Shown one piece after another: positions 1 to 6,843 of a stretch of DNA of 32,186 nt (positions are counted from its first letter, which is position 1; each line of letters starts with the position of its first letter). The stretch covers positions 1 to 32,186 of IMG/VR virus record IMGVR_UViG_3300017780_000850; one strand, 5' to 3'. The stretch is from a virus (Duplodnaviria > Caudoviricetes). The position numbers were made by a program, and so were the translations under genes. The notes under the pieces were generated by a model that worked only from the letters and a program-made list of their open reading frames with translations, searched no databases and had not been told where the DNA came from.

Positions 1-138
1 GGTGAAAAGCCTGAGAACACTACAGACGAAGAATGGGCTGATACTATTGCTCGCAACAAAGAGCATCTAGTAATCATGCTTGCTAAAGACTTTTGGACTA
101 CTGAAGATTTAGCACCATTGCAAGCAGCTTCAATTTAA
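1..138 (+). CDS. 3' end of a small phage protein, probably tail-fibre associated (partial)
   Basis: Open frame from base 1, GEKPENTTDEEWADTIARNKEHLVIMLAKDFWTTEDLAPLQAASI*, stop at 136-138. It would follow the tail fibre if the genome is circular. Confidence 0.7.
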   Translation, partial: GEKPENTTDEEWADTIARNKEHLVIMLAKDFWTTEDLAPLQAASI

Positions 139-145
139 ACGGTAA

Positions 146-170
146 AGGACTGCCGATTCAGTCCTAATTT
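146..170 (+). terminator. Hairpin, possible weak intrinsic terminator
   Basis: Perfect 7-bp stem AGGACTG-ccgatt-CAGTCCT followed by AATTTT, intergenic. Confidence 0.45.
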
Positions 171-181
171 TGGAGAAAATC

Positions 182-397
182 ATGGGTGAAAACACGAAAA
201 AAACCCCGATTGTGCTTGATGATGTTAAATATTTTTATGAAGAATTAACCCAAAGCCAACAGGTGATGGTTAATCATATTCAAGACTTAGACCGCAAAAT
301 TGGTGGAGCATCATTCTCGCTAGACCAGCTAAATGTTGGTAAAGCTGCTTTTATCAGAATGCTGAAAGAATCATTAGAACCTAAAACGGAGCAATAA
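182..397 (+). CDS. Hypothetical coiled-coil protein
   Basis: GGAG SD then ATG at 182, preferred over the TTG at 170; stop overlaps the next start. Confidence 0.75.
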   Translation: MGENTKKTPIVLDDVKYFYEELTQSQQVMVNHIQDLDRKIGGASFSLDQLNVGKAAFIRMLKESLEPKTEQ

Positions 398-648
398 TGG
401 AGCAGTCCGCACTTAATTGGGTATTTGGCGTAGCTAACCTTATATTGGGTGCGGCTCTCAAGTGGATATACGATTCTCATCGTGACTTACGCAAGTCTGA
501 TGAAAAATTAGCTGAAAAAGTTAATAAAATTGAGGTCGTTGTTGCTGGTGAGTATGTCAAAAGAGAAGATTTTGACCGAGTAGCCAATGTCATATTTGCC
601 AAGCTGGATAAGATTTCTGAAAAGTTAGATTCTAAAGCTGACAAGTGA
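397..648 (+). CDS. Single-TM membrane protein, holin/antiholin-like
   Basis: N-terminal hydrophobic helix WVFGVANLILGAALKWIY, then a charged coiled coil; first gene of the lysis cluster. Confidence 0.6.
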   Translation: MEQSALNWVFGVANLILGAALKWIYDSHRDLRKSDEKLAEKVNKIEVVVAGEYVKREDFDRVANVIFAKLDKISEKLDSKADK

Positions 649-1226
649 AAGATTTACTGCCACAAATATTAGCCTATGTAAGTAGCCCATTTAGGTTATT
701 TGCGCTAATCATTATGGCGGTTCTTACCTTTGCTGGTTACTTTATTTGGCAGAACCAAGAGGTTATGTTGGGGGCTTACAAAAAGTCCAAAGAACTACCT
801 ACCATGAACTCAGACCGCTATGACGATGCTTCTAGACTGCTATTTAAAGGCTCAAACGCAGATGTCGTGGTCATATTTTCAGTAAATACGGTCATTGGCA
901 AAAGAATTGTTGAAAGAGCGTACATTCCTGAATCAAGATATAAAGAGTTTGATGGCCACGATGTTGGTTTGTTTAGCAAAAACTTAGCCAACAACAACGA
1001 TATTATCAAGATGATGGCCGATGAAATACCATGCTCTGAATACCCTAAAGCACAATCAGAAATAGGTCTTTGGTATAAAAACTTAGGCATTAACTACACT
1101 TGTAGGATTGCCGTGCCACCTAGTAACAATCAATTTATTGGTCAAATAACTGTAGGCTGGAAAGAAAAGCCCAGTGACCCTGAAGCCATGTTAATAATTG
1201 CATCATCAATGTTAATGAGGAAATAA
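645..1226 (+). CDS. T4 T-like holin candidate (one TM plus periplasmic GAF-like domain)
   Basis: One TM (LFALIIMAVLTFAGYFIW). Segments SNADVVVIFS and YTCRIAVPPSNNQFIGQITVGW resemble T4 T segments recalled as SEADFSAVYS and YSCPYFNLDNIYAGTITMYW. Two Cys; lysis-cluster context. Confidence 0.55.
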   Translation: MKDLLPQILAYVSSPFRLFALIIMAVLTFAGYFIWQNQEVMLGAYKKSKELPTMNSDRYDDASRLLFKGSNADVVVIFSVNTVIGKRIVERAYIPESRYKEFDGHDVGLFSKNLANNNDIIKMMADEIPCSEYPKAQSEIGLWYKNLGINYTCRIAVPPSNNQFIGQITVGWKEKPSDPEAMLIIASSMLMRK

Positions 1227-1630
1227 TGCTACCAATCGCTGCCATACTTAGCATAGGTGAAAAGGTCTTAGACCGAGTATTGCCTAATCCTGAAGCCAAA
1301 GCCCAAGCCCTTGCTGAACTAGCAAAATTACAGCAAGAAGGTAAATTAGCTGATTTACAAGCTGACATGAACGAGCAAAACAATGTATCAGAGCGTTGGA
1401 AAGCTGATATGTCTAGCGATTCATGGTTATCTAAAAACATTCGCCCCATGACTTTAGTTTACATTTTGACTGCTTTTATTTTAATGGCTGTTGTTGATGG
1501 TTATGGTTTTAAAATTTCAGAGGCATATGTCAATTTACTTGGTCAATGGGGTATGGTGGTGATGACCGCATACTTTGGTGGCAGAACCCTTGAAAAAATT
1601 ATGGATAAACGCAATGCAACTAAGTACTAA
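1226..1630 (+). CDS. Holin, GTA 3TM holin family
   Basis: Characteristic KVLDRVLPNPEAKAQA...RWKADMSSDSWLSKNIRP...YFGGRTLEK pattern with C-terminal TMs; directly upstream of the endolysin. Confidence 0.8.
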   Translation: MLPIAAILSIGEKVLDRVLPNPEAKAQALAELAKLQQEGKLADLQADMNEQNNVSERWKADMSSDSWLSKNIRPMTLVYILTAFILMAVVDGYGFKISEAYVNLLGQWGMVVMTAYFGGRTLEKIMDKRNATKY

Positions 1631-2075
1631 TTTCACCCTTGAAGAAGCCACATTCAGCGAAACTGCTGTTCGCATGGGTATTCCTAACGAACCAAGCCAT
1701 GAACAACTAGAAAACATGAAGAAGGCAGCAGAAGGCATGGAAGCCATTAGGAAGTTGTTAGGCAAGCCGATTAGAGTTAATTCATGGTTACGCCTACCAG
1801 CGGTTAATCAAGCCATTGGTGGGGCTGCTAAATCAAGTCACATGGATGGCTGGGCTATTGACTTTGTTTGTCCTAGCTATGGCGACCCTTATGCTGTGGC
1901 CAAAGCTTTAAAGGATTCAGATATTCAGGTAGACCAAGTGATTCATGAATTTGGTAGATGGGTGCATGTATCGTTTGCCCCTGAGATGAGAAACCAATTC
2001 CTGACCATATTTAAACCGCAGAATAAATATGTATCAGGAATCTTGACTGCTGAAGAATACTCAAATATTGCTTAA
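1614..2075 (+). CDS. Endolysin, peptidase M15A family
   Basis: MQLSTNFTLEE start; SWLR..VNQAIGGA.KSSHMDGWAIDF and WVHVSF zinc-peptidase motifs. Confidence 0.88.
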   Translation: MQLSTNFTLEEATFSETAVRMGIPNEPSHEQLENMKKAAEGMEAIRKLLGKPIRVNSWLRLPAVNQAIGGAAKSSHMDGWAIDFVCPSYGDPYAVAKALKDSDIQVDQVIHEFGRWVHVSFAPEMRNQFLTIFKPQNKYVSGILTAEEYSNIA

Positions 2076-2138
2076 AAAAATGCAGAGTATTAGGGCTAGG
2101 AATAACCAAGTGCATAAGTGCATTAAAAAGTTGTTCAT
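2061..2138 (-). CDS. 25-aa hydrophobic peptide (not in ORF track)
   Basis: MNNFLMHLCTWLFLALILCIFLSNI*; ATGA-coupled to the upstream HTH gene. Confidence 0.5.
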   Translation of the reverse strand: MNNFLMHLCTWLFLALILCIFLSNI

Positions 2139-2332
2139 TTTGCCCCCATGTAGGTATATCTAGCCCAACGCTTACCTTCTGCTGTTTCAATGATAGCAAT
2201 AATGTTGTGAGTGCCTTTTAAATCGCATATAACGGCTGCTAGGCGTGTGATGCCATACTTTTGGATGGCTTCCCAGCTAGTGATTGATTTACGCTTTTTA
2301 AAGTGAGCTAACACCATCTCTTTTTGATTCAT
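2135..2332 (-). CDS. Small winged-HTH DNA-binding protein (HTH_39-like)
   Basis: ITSWEAIQKYGITRLAAVICDLK...I...ARY pattern. Confidence 0.75.
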   Translation of the reverse strand: MNQKEMVLAHFKKRKSITSWEAIQKYGITRLAAVICDLKGTHNIIAIIETAEGKRWARYTYMGAK

Positions 2333-2333
2333 A

Positions 2334-2423
2334 TTAAAGACCCCCTGTGCGGATTACCCATACTGTTAAAGGAACAACAAAGAAACAAACACCTAGAAAT
2401 AAACCTTTTAGAATATCAACCAT
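2334..2423 (-). CDS. 29-aa single-TM peptide (not in ORF track)
   Basis: MVDILKGLFLGVCFFVVPLTVWVIRTGGL*; fills the gap between neighbours with overlapping start/stop. Confidence 0.55.
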   Translation of the reverse strand: MVDILKGLFLGVCFFVVPLTVWVIRTGGL

Positions 2424-2619
2424 TTAAAGCCTCGCTAAGTTCAGATTCAAGAAACTCGTAAGTAGATTTGGCAATAAGGTCGGTGATGTCCTCACCTTTG
2501 TGAAATACGCCTTCTACATAAATCTGCGTACCGAACATGCCTACACTTTCATCACCATCTTCTGTATGATAGTGAATCTCTAATTTGATGCCGTCATAAT
2601 CGTATTCATATACTTCCAT
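2416..2619 (-). CDS. Acidic hypothetical protein, first gene of an early operon
   Basis: AAGGAG SD; D/E-rich 67 aa. Confidence 0.75.
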   Translation of the reverse strand: MEVYEYDYDGIKLEIHYHTEDGDESVGMFGTQIYVEGVFHKGEDITDLIAKSTYEFLESELSEALNG

Positions 2620-2637
2620 TTGCTTCTCCTTTGTTTA

Positions 2638-2690
2638 CTCACTGCGTTATTGCAGTAATGACAGTTTAGCTAACTTAAGTGATAATGCAA
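2638..2690 (-). promoter_or_regulatory. Sigma70 promoter with 22-bp leader/operator repeat (copy 1)
   Basis: TTGCAT (2690-2685), 16 nt, TAAACT (2668-2663), then ATTACTGCAATAACGCAGTGAG. Confidence 0.65.
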
Positions 2691-2778
2691 GAAATATTTA
2701 CAGAATTAGGGAAAGTACTTAGATTGTGTTGTTTTTATGCAACAACTGTAAGGTTATTTTTAGTTGATTGTAAAGTTT

Positions 2779-2857
2779 TGGCTCCGCATCTGAGAATTGA
2801 ACTCAGCTAACCATGGATTAACAGTCCAGCCCATGCACCATGCTCGGGTTCTGCGGA
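2779..2857 (-). tRNA. tRNA-Asn(GTT), atypical, CCA encoded
   Basis: TCCGCAG...TGGA CT GTT AA TCCA...CTGAG TTCAATT CTCAG ATGCGGA GCCA; cloverleaf with mismatches at acceptor pair 7 and the top of the anticodon stem. Confidence 0.85.
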
Positions 2858-2864
2858 ATATCCT

Positions 2865-3611
2865 TTAGATATTGTTCTTTAAGCGGTAAAACGCTAAAAG
2901 ATGGGCAAAGCATTCCCATGCCGATTTCAGGGAATCGGGGGGTATTTCGCATAACTTTACTTCATTCGTAGTGCCATTGACAAATACAATCGCGGCTCTG
3001 CATTCCTCTATTTTGTAGCCAAGGCCCACGCAATAGGCTGCCAGTTGCATTTCATGTTCATGATATGGCTCAACCTTGGATAAATCAGTTTCTTTGGTCT
3101 TAAAGTCCACGACTAGATTTTCGGCTGATAGGTCAATTTTTCCACCGTACCCTAGCTCATGGGCAAAAGACTTCTCTGATAGCCACAGCTGGCTTCCAAA
3201 CGCATCTATGAGGGCTTTATCTATGTTCTTCACATATTGTGGCCACTCAGGTAGGTAAACTTGCTCAAAATAGCTTTCAATAATGCCGTGGATAGCAGTG
3301 CCACGGTCTGCTGCTTGTCTGCCCTGAACCTTAGAATCAGCCATTACTCGCTCAAGCCAGTCGCTTTCAGGTTCGTTTGGCTCTCTTGGCAATGTCAAAG
3401 CTGATAACAACACCTGAGTCTGCAACCAATGGGTTAGCGCTGGTTTAGCTGCCACACCTAAGATAGTTGTCACACTAGGAACGAGGTCTAGCTTACGAGC
3501 ATCACGCAAGGTGGTAGCCCTAAGCCCTGTTTTACCTTCTACCTGATACGCTGATTTACCTGTTTTGGTGTACCAATGAGAGGATTCGCTATTTTTTTGT
3601 TTAATTATCAT
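2865..3611 (-). CDS. PD-(D/E)XK exonuclease (RecB/RecE-like)
   Basis: PSVTTIL, RGTAIH, SEK, GKIDL, VVDFKT and QLAAY motifs. Confidence 0.85.
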   Translation of the reverse strand: MIIKQKNSESSHWYTKTGKSAYQVEGKTGLRATTLRDARKLDLVPSVTTILGVAAKPALTHWLQTQVLLSALTLPREPNEPESDWLERVMADSKVQGRQAADRGTAIHGIIESYFEQVYLPEWPQYVKNIDKALIDAFGSQLWLSEKSFAHELGYGGKIDLSAENLVVDFKTKETDLSKVEPYHEHEMQLAAYCVGLGYKIEECRAAIVFVNGTTNEVKLCEIPPDSLKSAWECFAHLLAFYRLKNNI

Positions 3612-3638
3612 TTCTCACTCGCTTTCTTTAGTATTGCT
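3610..3638. repeat. 29-bp direct repeat, copy A
   Basis: ATTTCTCACTCGCTTTCTTTAGTATTGCT; 28/29 identical to 3869-3897. Confidence 0.9.
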
Positions 3639-3867
3639 CTCTGTAAATGAATTTTAAAAAGTCTCTAGTGCAGTGCAAACATAACCATACTTTTCTTTTA
3701 TAAGTATTACCGCCAGCATCTCCACTAACACTTCTGCCACCTATATGCCCTTCATAGTGCAAATCCATTTCACCCCATTCATATTTGCCTTTTGAATCTA
3801 CTGTATCTTCAATACCAGCACATCTGTCGCATCTATATGATGTAATTGTTTTTGTTTCTTTTCCCAT
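3628..3867 (-). CDS. Zinc-finger-like hypothetical protein
   Basis: CDRC...CLHC; bounded by the direct repeats. Confidence 0.7.
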   Translation of the reverse strand: MGKETKTITSYRCDRCAGIEDTVDSKGKYEWGEMDLHYEGHIGGRSVSGDAGGNTYKRKVWLCLHCTRDFLKFIYREQY

Positions 3868-4094
3868 TATTTCTCATTCGCTTTCTTTAGTATTGCTTTA
3901 GCAAATAAAACATTCCAATTCTTATCTGGGGTGCAAGTTAAATTATTGGCTATTGCTTTTATTTCCTCATCACTTAACTCTCTTGGTGCGGTGTAGAGTG
4001 GAATCATGTCTTTCTTCATGTCATCATCTAACATACAGTATTCGTCATTTAAAAAGATGTTCCACAAATCATCAGTCCATGCAACAGGTTTCAT
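3867..4094 (-). CDS. Hypothetical early protein (KPVAW...PLYTAPRELSDEEI)
   Basis: ATG at 4094 overlaps the upstream stop; motif pattern typical of phage early genes. Confidence 0.7.
   Translation of the reverse strand: MKPVAWTDDLWNIFLNDEYCMLDDDMKKDMIPLYTAPRELSDEEIKAIANNLTCTPDKNWNVLFAKAILKKANEK
3869..3897. repeat. 29-bp direct repeat, copy B
   Basis: ATTTCTCATTCGCTTTCTTTAGTATTGCT; encodes AILKKANEK on the minus strand. Confidence 0.9.
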
Positions 4095-4255
4095 TTGATT
4101 TCCATTCTGCAAGTAAATTGTGATTTAGCTATCTTTAATACATCTTCAAAGCTTAATTGAGCGTTTTTACCGCTTTTATAGCCATGGCCATACATAAGCA
4201 CTAGGCCAACAATAAATAATGCCACCCAAGCGGTTTTAATGGCTACCTTAGTCAT
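4091..4255 (-). CDS. Single-TM hypothetical protein
   Basis: MTKVAIKTAWVALFIVGLVLMYGHGY...; start at 4255 overlaps the upstream peptide. Confidence 0.6.
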   Translation of the reverse strand: MTKVAIKTAWVALFIVGLVLMYGHGYKSGKNAQLSFEDVLKIAKSQFTCRMEIK

Positions 4256-4346
4256 TTTGAGTCCACCAAAGGGCAAACAAAATAGACAAGATAGCTAGGG
4301 TTAACATGCCAAACCCACCGATTACGACCCACAAAACGGTTAGCAT
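4248..4346 (-). CDS. 32-aa hydrophobic peptide (not in ORF track)
   Basis: MLTVLWVVIGGFGMLTLAILSILFALWWTQND*; overlaps both neighbours. Confidence 0.55.
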   Translation of the reverse strand: MLTVLWVVIGGFGMLTLAILSILFALWWTQND

Positions 4347-4693
4347 GGGTTAAACATCCAACTGGCGGCAACATCCATGCGTGGTGAGAACTTTTTAGGC
4401 TTTTTTTCTCCACGAGAAGCTTCTCTGTATTTCTTTTGTAACTCATGCTGAGGTATTGGTGCTAATTCAGGCGCATCAGGTAAATTACCAGTTGCATAGA
4501 ATGACTTTGGCTTACCTTTTGGCGTTCTTTCGTAATGGTGAATGTATATCTGCTTTGATGTTCTTAGCTGGGTAATGTAACGAGCAATAAACACCACGCT
4601 AACATCTAAAAATTCAGCCATTTCTGTGCGAGTCATAGGCGTAATAGCTAGTTGCTCCAATAGTTTTTTTTGTAAAAGTTCTTTTCTATTCAT
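4340..4693 (-). CDS. HTH-domain protein
   Basis: PMTRTEMAEFLDVSVVFIARYITQLR is a winged-HTH-like pattern. Confidence 0.65.
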   Translation of the reverse strand: MNRKELLQKKLLEQLAITPMTRTEMAEFLDVSVVFIARYITQLRTSKQIYIHHYERTPKGKPKSFYATGNLPDAPELAPIPQHELQKKYREASRGEKKPKKFSPRMDVAASWMFNPC

Positions 4694-5324
4694 CTTTAAT
4701 TTCTACAAAGTTATAAAACCACTCATCTTTTGCAGTCCATTTAGCATGGTTTTCAACGCTGTAAATCTGAGTTGGTATCTTAAAATCAGGTGTTTTTAAT
4801 ACCGCTGGGACTAATGAAACATCGTACCAAAGGCATCTATTGTTAGGCTGGCAAGCAAATTGGCCATTGTCTAGTTTAATAAAATTGTAGGATTTATGTT
4901 CTTCTACACCCTCACTAAAACTGGTATCCAAGCGGTTAGCATCAGGACTAGCAAAGTCAATAGTGAATAAATAATTGCCAAAATGAAACTGCTTATCTTT
5001 GCCAAAGTATTTGACCTTTAAACCACGAAGATTAGACTTTTCAACCACGGCCATGTCATATGACAAACAATCCCAAATCTGCAAGAAATCCAGTGGTAAT
5101 GGGTCAGCCACTTCTTTCCATACATACGCACTAATCGGCAGCTTGTCGTACAAAGCACCGTAATTGGTCAGCATAGACTCAATACGGAAAGCTTGACCTT
5201 TGATTGCTTTAGCGGTCATCCATACGCATGGTTCTAGCTCACCGTGACCTGATTCGTGGTTATACAAAAACTCTTTACGAACAAAGCATTTAACTGGTGG
5301 GATGTTGGCTACTAAAAAACTCAT
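4686..5324 (-). CDS. Conserved phage hypothetical protein
   Basis: 212-aa ORF with AAGGA SD; no recognisable catalytic motif. Confidence 0.8.
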   Translation of the reverse strand: MSFLVANIPPVKCFVRKEFLYNHESGHGELEPCVWMTAKAIKGQAFRIESMLTNYGALYDKLPISAYVWKEVADPLPLDFLQIWDCLSYDMAVVEKSNLRGLKVKYFGKDKQFHFGNYLFTIDFASPDANRLDTSFSEGVEEHKSYNFIKLDNGQFACQPNNRCLWYDVSLVPAVLKTPDFKIPTQIYSVENHAKWTAKDEWFYNFVEIKDE

Positions 5325-5338
5325 AATATCCTTAAGGT

Positions 5339-5453
5339 GGGGCTACTCGCTGCGTCTAAAAATTGGCTATTCTCCATACTGCTTTGGGGCATAGCAACCC
5401 CCTGTGGTCATTACTGACTCCATGTATCCAAATTTAGCATCCGCTTTTGCCCC
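5339..5453 (-). ncRNA. Structured RNA candidate (115 nt, multi-branched)
   Basis: Intergenic. GGGGC/GCCCC closing stem, AAAA/GAGUA internal loop, CUAAAUUUGG/CCAAUUUUAG stem, GUCA-GUAA-UGAC GNRA hairpin and GGGG/CCCC hairpin. Confidence 0.6.
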
Positions 5454-5459
5454 TAAAAT

Positions 5460-5591
5460 TTATCTAATACCGCATCCACAAACCATCTTACCGTTTGTAC
5501 CTTGACGGCAACCGTAAGGTGAGTATGGTGGGCAAGATGCCGTAGCAATACCTGAAATGGTTAAAAGTGCAACAACTAATAGCTTTTTCAT
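5460..5591 (-). CDS. 43-aa secreted Cys-rich peptide (not in ORF track)
   Basis: AAGGAG SD; MKKLLVVALLTISGIATA-SCPPYSPYGCRQGTNGKMVCGCGIR*, a Sec signal with AxA site and 4 Cys. Confidence 0.75.
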   Translation of the reverse strand: MKKLLVVALLTISGIATASCPPYSPYGCRQGTNGKMVCGCGIR

Positions 5592-5600
5592 AATTACTCC

Positions 5601-6239
5601 TTAAAAGGGCATGTCATCATCAATATTGGCCAAGGCAACAGAAACAGCTTTATTAGCTTCTTCTTCACCGTTAGTGCCACGCCATTCAGCAGACTTTTTA
5701 ATAATGTCTTTAAGTCCGTCTGAAAGACCGTCAAACTTAGCTTGGTCAAAAGCATCTAAGCTAAATATCAACAGTTCGTTTACGCCAGTAGGCTCAGGCA
5801 TCTTCTTCAATGCTGCTGGCACTTGGCTTAGTCCTGACAAATTGGCGTATGTCTTACCTTCACGGTCATTATGAGTGACATTACACATAGCAAACTTGCC
5901 TAACAATACATTTAGGTCAAAACCTAGCAATTCTTCTGCTGTGAACTTCTTGCCACGCCATGATTCCAAGTCTTTGCGTAGGGTAGATTGCTCGCCCAAA
6001 GACATGGTATAGCGTTTAGAAATCATCAATGGCTTGCCATCGTTAGTTGTTAGTGGGTGGCCATCGTTATCTTCGCCATGTAACTCAAAGCTAAACATCA
6101 GCTTGCGTTGCATTTTGATTGCACCTTGCCATTCAACCTTCTGAGTGCCAAGGTCTAGGATTCTGTATAAACGCCCAAGGTGTGACCCTGATGGCGGTAG
6201 CTTAAAAGTAGATTCTGTACGGTTTTCTCTAATAATCAT
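5601..6239 (-). CDS. Single-stranded DNA-binding protein-like
   Basis: OB-fold-like beta pattern; acidic C-terminal tip DDDMPF; same operon as the exonuclease. Confidence 0.72.
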   Translation of the reverse strand: MIIRENRTESTFKLPPSGSHLGRLYRILDLGTQKVEWQGAIKMQRKLMFSFELHGEDNDGHPLTTNDGKPLMISKRYTMSLGEQSTLRKDLESWRGKKFTAEELLGFDLNVLLGKFAMCNVTHNDREGKTYANLSGLSQVPAALKKMPEPTGVNELLIFSLDAFDQAKFDGLSDGLKDIIKKSAEWRGTNGEEEANKAVSVALANIDDDMPF

Positions 6240-6445
6240 TAAATTACTCCTTGTTTACGGAAAATAGATGCCCAGTCCTCAAATATTGGGGCTAGTTTAG
6301 ATTTTGGTTTGGAAGGTTTACCACACGCCCAACGAATGATAGAAACATCATCATCGGATAAGAAATCACCAGCTTCCATGCGTTCTAAAGCTAGTTCTAG
6401 GCGTTCTTCTTGCTGTTGCATGGCAACAAATTCATCGTGGTTCAT
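6239..6445 (-). CDS. Hypothetical protein, first gene of the leftward operon
   Basis: AAGGAG SD before ATG 6445 (MNHDEF...). Confidence 0.72.
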   Translation of the reverse strand: MNHDEFVAMQQQEERLELALERMEAGDFLSDDDVSIIRWACGKPSKPKSKLAPIFEDWASIFRKQGVI

Positions 6446-6458
6446 AAATACTCCTTTT

Positions 6459-6512
6459 CTCACTGCGATATTGCAGTAATTAAATATTAAGCCCACTAAA
6501 AGAGATTGTCAA
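6459..6512 (-). promoter_or_regulatory. Leftward sigma70 promoter with 22-bp leader/operator repeat (copy 2)
   Basis: TTGACA (6512-6507), 17 nt, TAATAT (6489-6484), then ATTACTGCAATATCGCAGTGAG. Confidence 0.75.
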
Positions 6513-6518
6513 TACCCT

Positions 6519-6546
6519 TTGCAAAATATATTTTTTAGGCTATACT
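6519..6546 (+). promoter_or_regulatory. Rightward sigma70 promoter for the cro-like gene
   Basis: TTGCAA, 16 nt, TATACT; the ATG is 10 nt after the -10 with no SD. Confidence 0.65.
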
Positions 6547-6556
6547 AAGCTTAATT

Positions 6557-6784
6557 ATGAAATTAACTGACTCACAAATTGTAGACCTTTTAGGTGGCAC
6601 AACTGCTGTTGCCAAGCTATGCAAAGTAAGCCCACCAGCTGTTGCCCAATGGAAAACCAAGGGCATACCATACGACAAAATGGTTTTTTTAGGGGCTGAG
6701 TTGGAGAAGAAAAGCTGTGGCTTAATGAGCAGAAAAAATATGTTTCCAAAAGTTTACAAATTTATTTGGCCAGAGTTAGAATAG
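6557..6784 (+). CDS. cro: Cro/YdaS-like HTH regulator
   Basis: IVDLLGGTTAVAKLCKVSPPAVAQWKTKGIP; divergent position. Confidence 0.8.
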   Translation: MKLTDSQIVDLLGGTTAVAKLCKVSPPAVAQWKTKGIPYDKMVFLGAELEKKSCGLMSRKNMFPKVYKFIWPELE

Positions 6785-6788
6785 TAAG

Positions 6789-6843
6789 GGTAAGGCTAGC
6801 AGAGGATTCTGCGAAAAGCTGATTAGTCACCAGTCTGCCTACC
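6789..6843 (+). ncRNA. c4-like three-way-junction RNA
   Basis: P1 GGUA(A)GGC/GCCUACC, P2 GCAGA-GGAU-UCUGC, GAAAA linker, P3 GCUG-AUUAGUCAC-CAGU. Preceded by TTTACA-18-TAGAAT. Confidence 0.6.

Noticed and set aside
2706-2722. TTAGGGAAAGTACTTAG, resembling the GAAA/GUA motif
   Set aside because: Single short copy on the strand opposite to local transcription; insufficient support.
2865-3611. Cas4 or CRISPR link for the nuclease
   Set aside because: No four-Cys Fe-S pattern, and no repeat-spacer array in the window.
4252-4446. 64-aa minus-strand ORF from the track
   Set aside because: Largely overlaps the HTH gene; the 32-aa hydrophobic ORF 4248-4346 fits the gap better.
5592-6456. Repeated (A)ATTACTCCTT
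   Set aside because: Shared strong Shine-Dalgarno sequences on the minus strand.
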